From the sequence record OR896157.1: 64,000 nucleotides of DNA. One strand, 5' to 3'. Shown here in pieces: positions 9,409-19,062 of the stretch; the first letter of the stretch is position 1, and every line of letters begins with the position of its first letter. A program made the translations under genes and the position numbers. A model generated the notes under the pieces. The model made no database searches. It was not told the origin of the DNA and worked only from the letters and a program-made list of their open reading frames with translations. This stretch comes from a phage.

Positions 9409-10427
9409 TGATTCTGAGCCTCAACATAAAGAGCTTGTGCAAATTTTTTCAATGCAGCATTATCAGTTGGAGATAAGTCTTCCAATGCATCAATATATTC
9501 TGACATCAAATCTAATAAGCTTTTAACTTCGATATCTTCTTCGTCATCAGATTCAACTGAGTTGTCAATCTTAGAAACCATACGAAGCTCGTGAACTACT
9601 TTTTCGAGTTCAGTTTCAAACTTCGTGATGTCTTTATCAACATCAGTGACAATTACTCGGACTGAAAGATTTTTGTAGTCGTTGTAATCAATCTTACCTG
9701 TAAATGGATATTGAAGTCTTACATGCCAAGTGGTTTCGTTTGGCACAAAATCCATACTTTCCGTTGCGGTATCGAAAATCCAGAATCCGCGAGGGTCGTT
9801 CTCGTCACCTGCTGTAAGGGTCCAGGGAGTGCCGATATACTTAACATTGGCAGCAGAGGATATAGTATGGAAATGCCCTGACCACACTTGCTTATATGAC
9901 TTAAGGAAATCTGGCTCGAGACCATGAGATTTTAAACCCTTGTAGTAATAGAAGCCATTAAGCTCCCAGTGTCCAATACAATACTCTGCAGATGATTCTT
10001 TAACATGCTTCATAATAGAAGCTACGTTTTCATCACAAAGCCATGGAATTAGGTCGATTAAGCATCCATCAAAATCAACAGTAGTAGGCACATCATAAAT
10101 TTTGATGTGGTCATGTTTGCCCAATACTTCTGTGATAGCGTTAGGATGAATTTTATTCTTATAATGCATATCGTGGTTTCCGATGATTGTATGCATCGTA
10201 ATCCCAGCTTCTGCTAGCATATCAACTATTTCACGAGCGAATTCCATCGTCTTGTGAGTAATAGCTTTACGTACGTCAAAAATATCTCCATACTGAATCC
10301 ACACGGTAATTCCATGCTTCTTCGAGTACTCAATTTTTTGACGAATACCATCACGTTGAATTTCTTGAAGCCAAGGGTCATCACCCTTTACGCCCAGATG
10401 CCAGTCACCTGTGTGAAGAATTTTCAT
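9405..10427 (-). CDS. 47: recombination endonuclease subunit gp47 (SbcD/Mre11-like phosphoesterase)
   Basis: 340-aa ORF; calcineurin-like motifs (GDWH, GDIFD, GNHD). Confidence 0.9.
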   Translation of the reverse strand: MKILHTGDWHLGVKGDDPWLQEIQRDGIRQKIEYSKKHGITVWIQYGDIFDVRKAITHKTMEFAREIVDMLAEAGITMHTIIGNHDMHYKNKIHPNAITEVLGKHDHIKIYDVPTTVDFDGCLIDLIPWLCDENVASIMKHVKESSAEYCIGHWELNGFYYYKGLKSHGLEPDFLKSYKQVWSGHFHTISSAANVKYIGTPWTLTAGDENDPRGFWIFDTATESMDFVPNETTWHVRLQYPFTGKIDYNDYKNLSVRVIVTDVDKDITKFETELEKVVHELRMVSKIDNSVESDDEEDIEVKSLLDLMSEYIDALEDLSPTDNAALKKFAQALYVEAQNQ

Positions 10428-10542
10428 TTCTTTTTCCTCAATTTAAGACGGCGATGTGGAAGTTTTATTTTAATCGCAGATGTATGTTCTCTTTTACCTG
10501 ATATTTGAATCCAGTTAATTTTCATATTTCACCTCAAAGAGA

Positions 10543-10566
10543 TTATATTCTATACTCCAGAAAGCA
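10543..10566 (-). promoter_or_regulatory. candidate MotA-type middle promoter upstream of 47/46
   Basis: minus-strand TGCTTT box, 12-nt spacer, TATAAT. Confidence 0.4.
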
Positions 10567-10567
10567 G

Positions 10568-10587
10568 AAAGGGCCCGAAGGCCCTTT
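10568..10587 (-). terminator. GC hairpin AAAGGGCC-UUCG-GGCCCUUU; copy 2 of 4
   Basis: identical palindrome GGGCCCGAAGGCCC; downstream of ORF 10586-10774. Confidence 0.5.
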
Positions 10588-10774
10588 AAATTTTACTGTA
10601 TGTGATAGTTACTTCGGCTTTTGCTTTATCATATGACATCTTGAACCGCCTCATCATTTCAGTCTTGCCGTTATGAATCTTTGCATAATCAATAGCTCTT
10701 TCTAAAGCTTCAGCCGAATAAACAGTTCCGTTGCGGGATACTACAGCAGCTTTTAATATTACAGCTTCCACCAT
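10586..10774 (-). CDS. hypothetical protein
   Basis: 62-aa ORF in 47-55 interval. Confidence 0.4.
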   Translation of the reverse strand: MVEAVILKAAVVSRNGTVYSAEALERAIDYAKIHNGKTEMMRRFKMSYDKAKAEVTITYSKI

Positions 10775-10968
10775 GGCTTCACCATAATTGTATCAGCCCA
10801 GACTAATTCCTTTTTAGTAGCTTTAACTACTGGATTGATAGGACCGGTTTCACCCAAGACTTTGTAATGGGTTTCAGATACTTTAATAGCCATTACACCA
10901 TCAGCAACAGACAAAGTGAAACCTGCGTTTACTTTCAGACGTTTGAATTTAACCTGCTTTATAGCCAT
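10759..10968 (-). CDS. hypothetical protein
   Basis: 69-aa ORF in 47-55 interval. Confidence 0.4.
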   Translation of the reverse strand: MAIKQVKFKRLKVNAGFTLSVADGVMAIKVSETHYKVLGETGPINPVVKATKKELVWADTIMVKPWWKL

Positions 10969-11317
10969 TTAAAATTTCCCAGATCTGACGACGAGTGGTT
11001 TCCCATTGGACTTTGATAAGCTCGTCATTGAATGGTTGACGTAAGATTTTACGAGATTTTTCAATCGCATACTTATACGCCGCGAAGTTGTTATCGAGAA
11101 CTGATTGCTGAGCATGTTTGTTCAAACGTTCAAGTTCGCGACTATTTTTCTTGATAATTTTATCAGCTTTAGATTTAGCATTTGCTGCAATTCGAGCTTG
11201 TGCTTCTTCAATAGCTGCAAGACGATCTTCTTCCATTAATTTCTGATGGTCTGGATCTTCAATCAACTGGTCTTGATATTCAAGTTCTGCTTTGAATGCT
11301 TCGCCTGGTTGTAGCAT
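10949..11317 (-). CDS. hypothetical coiled-coil protein
   Basis: 122-aa ORF, charged helical sequence. Confidence 0.45.
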   Translation of the reverse strand: MLQPGEAFKAELEYQDQLIEDPDHQKLMEEDRLAAIEEAQARIAANAKSKADKIIKKNSRELERLNKHAQQSVLDNNFAAYKYAIEKSRKILRQPFNDELIKVQWETTRRQIWEILNGYKAG

Positions 11318-11323
11318 AATTCC

Positions 11324-11578
11324 TCATTCTGGAAAGTATTCTAATGTGATATAAAAATCATCATCAGATATATGGTAATTGTAGTTCAAGTCTTTGCCAT
11401 CGCACTTGAACTCTGTATCATGTGGGTTCTTGGGGTCGATGTGAATGTCCAAATCCAATACCTCCCTCATATACATTTTAAGCAAATAAGGGATAGCATC
11501 GTAATCGGGCACTTCTTCTAAAAATCCTGCGAGGTTAATCGTCAGCCTCATATAAAAAATCCAAACTTGGACCTTCAT
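11324..11578 (-). CDS. hypothetical protein
   Basis: 84-aa ORF downstream of gene 55; listed start overlaps 55, true start probably internal. Confidence 0.4.
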   Translation of the reverse strand: MKVQVWIFYMRLTINLAGFLEEVPDYDAIPYLLKMYMREVLDLDIHIDPKNPHDTEFKCDGKDLNYNYHISDDDFYITLEYFPE

Positions 11579-12068
11579 CTACAACATCGCTCTTTTTGTC
11601 AGACCCTGGCTGTTTGTAGGTGGAGGTTTCGTAATGCGTCATTTTATCATAGATGTCTTGAATAAAAGTTTCATCTACTAACGCAACCATATCATCGTCA
11701 CGAGCATCATAGACGTTGTGAACGAAATAGCTATACTTCTTAGCAACTTCCTTACGCTCTTTCTTGATACGTTGGACGAATGCGTTAAAGCAAGCACGGG
11801 TTATATACGCATGCGGGTTGTCATACTTTGTTTCATCGAAGTTGTGTAGACCTTTAATCGAAGCTTCTACACCGTCTGAAATCATTTCATCTTTCCAAGA
11901 GCGGGTGTACCCTGAAAAGTTAAAACGCTTACTCAGACCCTCAGATATCAACATAATTGCTCTGCCGATAGTATCATTCTGACGAACGGGTTTACCAGCT
12001 TCGCGGCATTGCTGTTTCCACTCAGTGATGGCTTTCAGCAACTCCTTATTATTTACATAGTTAGCCAT
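11535..12068 (-). CDS. 55: late-transcription sigma factor gp55
   Basis: 177-aa ORF nearly identical in core to remembered T4 gp55 ([28 protein letters not shown], [12 protein letters not shown]). Confidence 0.93.
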   Translation of the reverse strand: MANYVNNKELLKAITEWKQQCREAGKPVRQNDTIGRAIMLISEGLSKRFNFSGYTRSWKDEMISDGVEASIKGLHNFDETKYDNPHAYITRACFNAFVQRIKKERKEVAKKYSYFVHNVYDARDDDMVALVDETFIQDIYDKMTHYETSTYKQPGSDKKSDVVDEGPSLDFLYEADD

Positions 12069-12134
12069 ATTACCTCTTCCGCTTCATTTAATAAGAATAT
12101 TATAACACGTTTGGAGGAAGAGTATTTTAAGCAT

Positions 12135-12431
12135 CTATTTAAGGAGTTCGTAAAGCGAAAAGCACTTAATCATGAGTTTGCGGAAAGTAACAAAATCGAG
12201 TTCAGGCTCAAAAGCATTTTCATTACAGAATCTGAGCCATGATTTCCATAATTCGATGTAGCCATTTTCATTCAGCTTAGATACATGGCCTCGCCAGACA
12301 TATTCAAGACTAGGACCAGGTTCATTTGAGTCTGAGAATGTAATTCCCATCCACTTATCAACGAAAAATTCACCCAGCCCAGTAACACGGAATGAGGCGA
12401 TTTCAATATTATCTAAAGTAATTCGGCTCAT
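12135..12431 (-). CDS. hypothetical protein
   Basis: 98-aa ORF. Confidence 0.45.
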   Translation of the reverse strand: MSRITLDNIEIASFRVTGLGEFFVDKWMGITFSDSNEPGPSLEYVWRGHVSKLNENGYIELWKSWLRFCNENAFEPELDFVTFRKLMIKCFSLYELLK

Positions 12432-12679
12432 AAGTCAAATACCTTAAAAGTATCTTCGATTAAAGTCTTAAACGTATTGTAGTGCATAGGTTCAAGGTCT
12501 TCGCAAGTTTCTTCACAGAATTCGCGATAAAGAATATCTGGAGTGTAATCGCGGAAAATAGCAATATCAGATTCCCAGTAAGCACCAGTCTCTTCATCAG
12601 AGAAATAAACGGTACCATCACGACGAATAACCCAATCGCCATAATTCAATACGGTGATAGTGAATTGATTGTATTTCAT
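12428..12679 (-). CDS. hypothetical protein
   Basis: 83-aa ORF, 4-nt overlap coupling. Confidence 0.45.
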   Translation of the reverse strand: MKYNQFTITVLNYGDWVIRRDGTVYFSDEETGAYWESDIAIFRDYTPDILYREFCEETCEDLEPMHYNTFKTLIEDTFKVFDL

Positions 12680-12903
12680 AGAATAAGCTCCTTAGCGCAT
12701 TCAATAGCTTCATCCATACTTCCGAATGCATCTACTGAGTGATAATCTTTCCCAGTGTATTCATAAACCCACCAGGCGTCAAAATCTTCTTCAATAACAA
12801 AATCAACATCGTTCTTTGAAGTACCTTCAATCATCAAGCGACCGTCTTCAGTTCGCTTTGTTTGAAATCCGGCTAGATGCAGATCATTTTCAATTTCATT
12901 CAT
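12676..12903 (-). CDS. hypothetical acidic protein
   Basis: 75-aa ORF. Confidence 0.45.
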   Translation of the reverse strand: MNEIENDLHLAGFQTKRTEDGRLMIEGTSKNDVDFVIEEDFDAWWVYEYTGKDYHSVDAFGSMDEAIECAKELIL

Positions 12904-13238
12904 TTGGCAGCCTTAACAATTTTGAGGTCGACGAAGCCTTTCTTGCGCTGGTTCTTCATCTTACGGATAGTGCTGTCAGAGATTTCTTTGCGCTTGGTAG
13001 TTGGAATACCGAAAGCATCAAGGCTAAATTCGGACAGAATGTAAGCAACGACCAGTTCACGGATACGAGCTTTACCAATTTTCTGGTCGTTCTCTTTCAT
13101 CGTACCATGCAACTCAACTTCCCACTTATCCAGCAACTTAGGAGTCACGATAACGTCTTTGAACTCACCATCAACTTTCATTGCTTCTACCTTCGGGAAT
13201 ACGAAAGCGTTCAGTACGTTTTTGATAGCCTGTGACAT
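12900..13238 (-). CDS. hypothetical protein
   Basis: 112-aa ORF. Confidence 0.45.
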   Translation of the reverse strand: MSQAIKNVLNAFVFPKVEAMKVDGEFKDVIVTPKLLDKWEVELHGTMKENDQKIGKARIRELVVAYILSEFSLDAFGIPTTKRKEISDSTIRKMKNQRKKGFVDLKIVKAAK

Positions 13239-13303
13239 ATTGATTTCCTCATTTTAACTAAGTTTGACATAAGAGATTCTATTCTGAATCCCTTATAGCA
13301 AAA

Positions 13304-13570
13304 TTAGCAGTTTTTAATATGCTCGTAGATAGCACGAGTCAGTTCAGATGCTTCTTCTTTGTTGATGTCTGAAATCAAAGCGTAGATAGCATTAGTGATT
13401 GAACTTGGGCGATGGCGCGCAGTGCTGATTGCAACTTCTGTCATACAAGAACGTCCGCGGAAGATGATTTCAACATTGTTGATTTCAATATTCATGCGTT
13501 CTTGGTCACGGGATTCAGAACGTACCAGAACTTCCAGTTCAACAGAAACTTTCTTTTTCAGTAAAATCAT
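13304..13570 (-). CDS. hypothetical protein (88 aa)
   Basis: track ORF trimmed to ATG at 13570 preceded by AAGGAG; the longer listed start would run through the terminator and promoter. Confidence 0.5.
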   Translation of the reverse strand: MILLKKKVSVELEVLVRSESRDQERMNIEINNVEIIFRGRSCMTEVAISTARHRPSSITNAIYALISDINKEEASELTRAIYEHIKNC

Positions 13571-13597
13571 GTTACTCTCCTTGGTTGATATAAGAGT

Positions 13598-13627
13598 ATA
13601 GTAACACCTTCTGCAACAGATGTAAAC
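13598..13627 (-). promoter_or_regulatory. T4-type early promoter (GTTTAC-N18-TACTAT)
   Basis: minus-strand -35 GTTTAC and -10 TACTAT with 18-nt spacer. Confidence 0.6.
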
Positions 13628-13630
13628 GGT

Positions 13631-13664
13631 CATAGAAATAAAAATGGGGACCACCAGGGTCCCC
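13631..13664 (-). terminator. intrinsic terminator (7-bp GC stem + U-run)
   Basis: minus-strand GGGGACC-CUGGU-GGUCCCC followed by AUUUUUAUUU. Confidence 0.6.
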
Positions 13665-13715
13665 GAAGATGTGAGCCATATGTTTATATGGACTTCAAAA
13701 GAAAGTGTCTTAGAG

Positions 13716-14025
13716 TTAATCCAGTGAATCGAGGTCGTAACCTAGTTCACCAAGTCTCTCTTTTATTGTTCTTAGATTTGGGTAATATACACCACCGAGG
13801 ATGACGACCGGGTAATTGACTCGCTTGCTTGGGAAAACTCCTGAGGCTTTAGCGGCTTCTTCAATCGCTTTGTAGTTGTATTGGACCGGCCATGTAGATA
13901 ACGTCGATGAACTCATACGGAATTTTGAATTCGTCAAAAATTTCTTTGACCGTTGCGCAACCAGCGCAGCGGTAGACGTCTTCCGGAATTCCATAAATTT
14001 TAGCTCTTAGTTGTGAGTTTTCCAT
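13716..14025 (-). pseudogene. nrdH: NrdH/NrdC-like glutaredoxin split across two reading frames (frameshift)
   Basis: frame A: KIYGIPEDVYRCAGCATVKEIFDEFKIPYEFIDV (CxxC half); frame B: AIEEAAKASGVFPSKRVNYPVVILGGVYYPNL (cis-Pro/GG half); at nrdH position. Confidence 0.5.
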
Positions 14026-14275
14026 TGACTGTAACCTCAAGCTTATCATCTAAACCAATATCCTTAAGCGCATCAGTCATTCGACGAATACGAGCAGTAA
14101 CTTCTTCGGGAGAAAGTTTAGGTTTATCATCGGTCTTAGGAGCGATAATCACTGCCAGTCCGAATACCAAAAGTGCAGGTACAGCAACAATGATTCCGTA
14201 AGCAATAACAAGATAAGCCAGAAGCTTAGATAAAGCAGTACGAGTCCCGTTGAAGAAAGATTTGATGTATTTCAT
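14000..14275 (-). CDS. hypothetical membrane protein
   Basis: 91-aa ORF with one strong hydrophobic helix. Confidence 0.45.
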   Translation of the reverse strand: MKYIKSFFNGTRTALSKLLAYLVIAYGIIVAVPALLVFGLAVIIAPKTDDKPKLSPEEVTARIRRMTDALKDIGLDDKLEVTVNGKLTTKS

Positions 14276-14374
14276 GTTTTTCCTTAGGAGAAAGTTACGA
14301 TACCAGCGAAAACGTACAGAGCAGGGAATTCTTCGCCCCAGCTTTGAATGATGAAGTTTGCGTTTAGTGCGAGT

Positions 14375-14860
14375 TTATTCAGGATGTTCATTGTGTTCCT
14401 CATTCCAAGTTCCGCTGTTAATCCACAGCCTTTGATTGTCACTGCCTCTCCAAAGCTTTTTAGTTGGTAGAGACTGTTCATATTTACCATCGATAATAAC
14501 ATCAACATAATTTAGCAGTTCCAAGTCCTTGATATCTTCGAACTTGTAGCCCGTCCACATCCAAACATCTTTATGAGGATGACTAGTGTGTAAGCACTTA
14601 AGTAGTGCTTCTATAGTTTCTCTGTTGTCTGGATAAAGAGGGTCTCCACCTGTAAGAGTGATTCCTTGAATGTAATCTTTGCTTAAAAGCTCTCTGATTT
14701 CTCCAATGGTTTCACCGGTGAATTCTGTTCCATTACGCGGATTCCATGTAGATTTATTGTAACATCCTTCACATTTATGCAAACACCCGGTGACAAAAAG
14801 AACGACCCTGCAACCAGGGCCATTCACAAAATCACAAGGATAGATTCTGTCATACTTCAC
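14375..14860 (-). CDS. nrdG: anaerobic ribonucleotide reductase activating protein NrdG (radical SAM)
   Basis: 161-aa ORF; cysteine cluster CLHKCEGC; directly downstream of nrdD. Confidence 0.9.
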   Translation of the reverse strand: MKYDRIYPCDFVNGPGCRVVLFVTGCLHKCEGCYNKSTWNPRNGTEFTGETIGEIRELLSKDYIQGITLTGGDPLYPDNRETIEALLKCLHTSHPHKDVWMWTGYKFEDIKDLELLNYVDVIIDGKYEQSLPTKKLWRGSDNQRLWINSGTWNEEHNEHPE

Positions 14861-16679
14861 AGTGCTTTGTCCTATGCATTATTTCTTTGTTTTTACCAAG
14901 ATTAAATCCACGTTCAGATGGATTGCCAAGATATCCACAAGTGCGTCGTATTGTGTTCATCTTTTTAGGGTCTGATTCACCACATTCATGACAGACAAAT
15001 CCATCTTCCGTTGGAGTCATTTCATGAGTTGAACCGCATGTAAAGCACTTATCAACTGGCATGTTTACACCGAAGTAATCAAGATGCTCAACAGCATAAT
15101 CCCACACTGCTTCAAGACCTTTAAGGTTGTTCTTCATATCAGGAAGTTCTACATAACTGATATGACCACCCTTAGCGATGAAGTGGAAAATAGCTTCACG
15201 GTCAATTTTACCAAATGGAGAAATCTTTTCTTCTACTGAAACATGGAAACTGTTGGTGTACCACCCTTTATCGGTGACGCCTTTGATATCACCATGGACT
15301 TCAGCGTCAATCTTACAGAAGCGATAGCACAAATTCTCTGCTGGAGTTGAATAAAGACTAAAAGCAAAGCCAGTCTCTTTAGTCCATTCAGCAAGATAAT
15401 CATTCAGGCATTTCAGAAGAAGCTTACCGATATCAGCACCCAATAGAGTTTGAACTTCATGGATTCCGATGTACCCTAACGAAATTGAAGAACGACCATT
15501 TCGGAAGATGTCGAGAATCTCATCGTTTGGCTTAAGACGAACACCAAAAGCACCTTCTTGATAAAGAATAGGAGCTACAGAAGCTGTTACACCACGAAGT
15601 GATTCAATACGAGCTAAAAGAGCTTCTTTACAAATCTTCAAACGGTCATCAAGAATGTGGAAGAACTTGGTCAAGTCTGGACGGCCATCAACCATACAAT
15701 CGAGTGCTACTCGTGGTAGGTTAATTGTCACTACACCAAGATTATTACGACCATCGAGAATTTCTTCGCCGTCTTTGTTCTTCCATACGCCCAGGAATGA
15801 GCGACATCCCATTGGAGAAACTGGAACAGAAGAGCCAGTGATTAGACGGTTATTCTTTGAACTAATGATGTCAGGATACATTCGCTTACTTGCACATTCC
15901 AATGCAAGTTGTTTGATGTCATAGTTCACATCAGTAGGATGAAGGTTAATTCCTTCTTCAACAAACATAACGAGCTTAGGAAAAATCGGAGTGATTCCGT
16001 CTCGTCCAAGACCTTTGATTCTATTTTTGAGAATAGCTTTTTGAATCATTCGTTCATAATCGCTTGTACCAGTACCAAAGGTAATTGTCACGAATGGAGT
16101 TTGTCCATTTGAACTGAACAAAGTATTGACTTCATATTCATAAGCTTGGAATGCGTCGTATACGTCTTTTTCTGTTTTCTCAATCGCGTATACATAGTCA
16201 TTGACATGCTCAATGCCGTATCTTTCTGCATCGTGTAAATGCTTAAAGAAAGTCTTCTCTACAAAAGGAGCAAGTACAACATCAACATTAGCAAATGTCG
16301 TTCCACCATATTGATGTGAAGCTACTTGAGCAGTGATTTGAGCCATAATAGCAGTTGCTACACCAATTGACTTTGGAGTCTCAATTTGAGCATTACCAAG
16401 TTTAAATCCATTGCTGAGCATACCCTTCAAATCGACTAAGCAACAGTTAGTGAATGGAAGAGCTGGAGAATAGTCTAAGTCATGAAAATGAATAAGACCT
16501 TTATCATGAGCATTTAGAACAGTAGGAGAGATAACCTGACGAGCAATGTGTTTTGAAACAATTCCTGCCATCAGGTCTCGTTGAGTTGGAAAAACACGAG
16601 AATCTTTATTAGCATTCTCGTTTAGTAAGTCTTTGTTGGTGCGGTTGATTAAACCCTGGATTTCTGATTCAATTGTCAT
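14850..16679 (-). CDS. nrdD: anaerobic ribonucleoside-triphosphate reductase NrdD (uninterrupted, no intron)
   Basis: 609-aa ORF; C-terminal zinc ribbon CxxC...CxxC and glycyl-radical motif RTCGYLG. Confidence 0.95.
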   Translation of the reverse strand: MTIESEIQGLINRTNKDLLNENANKDSRVFPTQRDLMAGIVSKHIARQVISPTVLNAHDKGLIHFHDLDYSPALPFTNCCLVDLKGMLSNGFKLGNAQIETPKSIGVATAIMAQITAQVASHQYGGTTFANVDVVLAPFVEKTFFKHLHDAERYGIEHVNDYVYAIEKTEKDVYDAFQAYEYEVNTLFSSNGQTPFVTITFGTGTSDYERMIQKAILKNRIKGLGRDGITPIFPKLVMFVEEGINLHPTDVNYDIKQLALECASKRMYPDIISSKNNRLITGSSVPVSPMGCRSFLGVWKNKDGEEILDGRNNLGVVTINLPRVALDCMVDGRPDLTKFFHILDDRLKICKEALLARIESLRGVTASVAPILYQEGAFGVRLKPNDEILDIFRNGRSSISLGYIGIHEVQTLLGADIGKLLLKCLNDYLAEWTKETGFAFSLYSTPAENLCYRFCKIDAEVHGDIKGVTDKGWYTNSFHVSVEEKISPFGKIDREAIFHFIAKGGHISYVELPDMKNNLKGLEAVWDYAVEHLDYFGVNMPVDKCFTCGSTHEMTPTEDGFVCHECGESDPKKMNTIRRTCGYLGNPSERGFNLGKNKEIMHRTKHCEV

Positions 16680-17149
16680 TTTAAACTCTTACGAAGTTGC
16701 TTTTTGAATGAAGCAACAAGCTTTGGTTTGGAATCATCTTCAGAATAGGTAAACCCGTAAGCATTCATTTCAGCTATCATCTCGGGTTTACCAAGTCGAC
16801 TGAATTCTTTTGACTTATCGCCAATGAAATTAGGATGAATGTTGTTTTTAGTATAGTCATTCTTCAGATAGGTCAGCAAACTCTCAAGCCACTCGAGGTA
16901 GTCGACTTCACGACCTTTCAAACCAGAGCGGTTGAACTTATGCTTCATTTGACCTTCTGCTGCGTTACACAAATTACACAGTAAACCACGAACTTTACCG
17001 GCTTTTGGTCCGTTCAATTCATGGTCGTGGTCAAGGTGGTTACTTTGAACATCGCTGTCTAATTCACGTTTACAAATCGGACAGATACCATGCTGTGCAT
17101 CAAATAGTCTTTGTTTTTCTTCTTTGTAGAGTTTGCTGGTCAATAACAT
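16676..17149 (-). CDS. 49: endonuclease VII (gp49, Holliday junction resolvase)
   Basis: 157-aa ORF nearly identical to remembered T4 gp49 (HLDHDHELNGPKAGKVRGLLCNLCNAAEGQMKHKFNRSGLKG). Confidence 0.95.
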   Translation of the reverse strand: MLLTSKLYKEEKQRLFDAQHGICPICKRELDSDVQSNHLDHDHELNGPKAGKVRGLLCNLCNAAEGQMKHKFNRSGLKGREVDYLEWLESLLTYLKNDYTKNNIHPNFIGDKSKEFSRLGKPEMIAEMNAYGFTYSEDDSKPKLVASFKKQLRKSLK

Positions 17150-17183
17150 AGTTCACCTCAATATTAGATGAACTATTTATAGT

Positions 17184-17648
17184 TTAGAACTTCCTGGAGT
17201 TAAACTCCAATTGAGATTCAAGCCAACGAATATAATCTGCAGCAGCTTGCATCAAATCGTATTCTTCGGAATCACAATTTTCTTGACCAGCCATTTTATA
17301 GAGCTGCGCAGTAATATCTTTTCCGTTAAAAAGATTACGAGGGATATCTTCAGAAGAGCCGTATTGGTCAGAAGAAAGTTCTTCAAGTTCTTCTAAATGA
17401 TCAATCTCATCAGAGTAGAAGCACCAGAACCATGAATCTTGACCACTAATTTCTGGATGAGTAGCAGTTTTAACATGAACATAAGGGCCGTTCTTAAATT
17501 GAACAGAAGTCATGCCAGTTGATTCGCCTACTTTACTGATGCTCAGAACTTTAAATTCTGCACCCTTTACAAATTCAGGGAATTGAGAAAGCAGCTCTTC
17601 ATCTTCTTCAATAACACGAAAAACTTTATTCAGGAAACTCATATCCAA
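17184..17648 (-). CDS. pin: Pin-like protein (protease inhibitor locus)
   Basis: 154-aa ORF immediately downstream of 49, as pin is in T4; similarity not verified. Confidence 0.45.
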   Translation of the reverse strand: MDMSFLNKVFRVIEEDEELLSQFPEFVKGAEFKVLSISKVGESTGMTSVQFKNGPYVHVKTATHPEISGQDSWFWCFYSDEIDHLEELEELSSDQYGSSEDIPRNLFNGKDITAQLYKMAGQENCDSEEYDLMQAAADYIRWLESQLEFNSRKF

Positions 17649-17756
17649 ACTCCATATCGATTAATTCATTGTTGGTAGGTTCATTATAATCATCTTCAGG
17701 AAAGCGTTCTTCTTCCTCTGGCTCGAGAGTTTCCCATCGAGCCGCATACCAAGGTT

Positions 17757-18068
17757 TTAGAGCGTAACCCATTCTGTGATAGTCTTAGTTACTTTACGCT
17801 CGCGTTTCTCAACTAACGAGACATCAGGCTCCATATAGTACCAATCAGTATGATACGAACCAGAACGAGTTTCATTTACAGCGACGTGAACGTCATGTTT
17901 CTTGCTGTAGTAAACTACTTGACGATATTGATACTTGTGGTTCTGAGTCCATTCATCATGGTCTACTTCTTCAAGATAATCAGAGTCTTCAAAGTCGTAA
18001 TACTCTGAATGTCCATCATGGTCTTCCATGATTTCTTTCAGAATTTTTTCTTTCATTTCAGAAATCAT
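17757..18068 (-). CDS. hypothetical acidic protein
   Basis: 103-aa ORF. Confidence 0.45.
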   Translation of the reverse strand: MISEMKEKILKEIMEDHDGHSEYYDFEDSDYLEEVDHDEWTQNHKYQYRQVVYYSKKHDVHVAVNETRSGSYHTDWYYMEPDVSLVEKRERKVTKTITEWVTL

Positions 18069-18069
18069 T

Positions 18070-18243
18070 ATTCACCTCGTAAAGTTTCAAGAACTTCATC
18101 ATCAACCCAAGATTCTAAACCACTTGGAAGAGAACGTTCGACTTCCCAAAGTAAAGCTTCGCATTCGCGAAGACGAGCAAGCTCAGCAGAGCAAATTACT
18201 TCTTCTGTCTTTGGGTCAATCAATACAGAGTTCAGACTCATTT
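18070..18243 (-). CDS. hypothetical small protein (57 aa, not in track)
   Basis: manual translation: MSLNSVLIDPKTEEVICSAELARLRECEALLWEVERSLPSGLESWVDDEVLETLRGE; fills an otherwise empty 170-nt gap. Confidence 0.3.
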
Positions 18244-18534
18244 CAAATATTCCTTCAATTCAGTAAATCCACCGATAGGCGAACCTTTTTCATCAAAAAT
18301 CTGGGGCATTGTCAAACCAACACGAGATGGTCTATTCAGACGCGTCAGAAGCTCAGAGATAACTTCTTCATTAAAGATTGGTGTACCATCTTCATTATTA
18401 CCTGAAGTCACAGAGATGAACTCGTAATCTTTACGTTTAGCATCTAACAGACGCTTAGAGTTAATGCATGGAACACATTTAAAATGCTTGCTGTCGTAAC
18501 CGAAAACCTTGAATGTCACTAGAGATGTCCTCAA
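18238..18534 (-). CDS. nrdC: thioredoxin/glutaredoxin NrdC
   Basis: 98-aa ORF resembling remembered T4 NrdC (FKVFGYDS..KCVPC, GLTMPQIF, GGFTELKEY). Confidence 0.85.
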   Translation of the reverse strand: MRTSLVTFKVFGYDSKHFKCVPCINSKRLLDAKRKDYEFISVTSGNNEDGTPIFNEEVISELLTRLNRPSRVGLTMPQIFDEKGSPIGGFTELKEYLK

Positions 18535-18772
18535 TAACTGATGAGACTACTTTATCGTAGTCGGGATGATTTTGCGTGCGATGGTCCCATTTAACACCAA
18601 GACGTTTTGCAACTTCACGGTTAATTGAGCCAAACGCAAATGAATGAGCACGGGTTAAAGCACTCTTCAAAACTGAATAAGAATCCGGCATTTTACCGTG
18701 GTCTTTATGATAAGCTACCATCATTCGGAGGAGGCTGTCTTCAGCCTCAATCATATATTCTTTACGGCTCAT
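18479..18772 (-). CDS. hypothetical protein
   Basis: 97-aa ORF; 3' end overlaps nrdC start. Confidence 0.4.
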   Translation of the reverse strand: MSRKEYMIEAEDSLLRMMVAYHKDHGKMPDSYSVLKSALTRAHSFAFGSINREVAKRLGVKWDHRTQNHPDYDKVVSSVIEDISSDIQGFRLRQQAF

Positions 18773-19062
18773 AATTCTGTAACTCGTTTATAAGCTTCAT
18801 GAGCTGCGATTGCAATCTTCTCATTAATATCAAGAGAAGTTTCAGGTTGATTATTTAACTGATGGCAAGCGTATGTTTTAAACATTATAACATCGAAATC
18901 AACCATTGCACTAATGCTTCGGTGAACGTGGTCCATATTCAGTTCTACACCTTTTTCTTCAGCGTACTGAAGACAGATTCTAGCGTTAATTTCACGAAGC
19001 TCCTTGAATAAGGATTTCAATTCAGGAGAATCAGCAATTGCTTCACCTTTAAATGGATTCAT
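18769..19062 (-). CDS. hypothetical protein
   Basis: 97-aa ORF. Confidence 0.45.
   Translation of the reverse strand: MNPFKGEAIADSPELKSLFKELREINARICLQYAEEKGVELNMDHVHRSISAMVDFDVIMFKTYACHQLNNQPETSLDINEKIAIAAHEAYKRVTEL

Noticed and set aside
14284-14508. 74-aa ORF overlapping nrdG
   Set aside because: Alternative frame inside the well-supported NrdG coding sequence.
14850-16679. Group I intron / homing endonuclease in nrdD (as in T4)
   Set aside because: The nrdD frame is continuous over 609 codons with no interruption; no intron-sized insertion seen in nrdD or elsewhere in the window.
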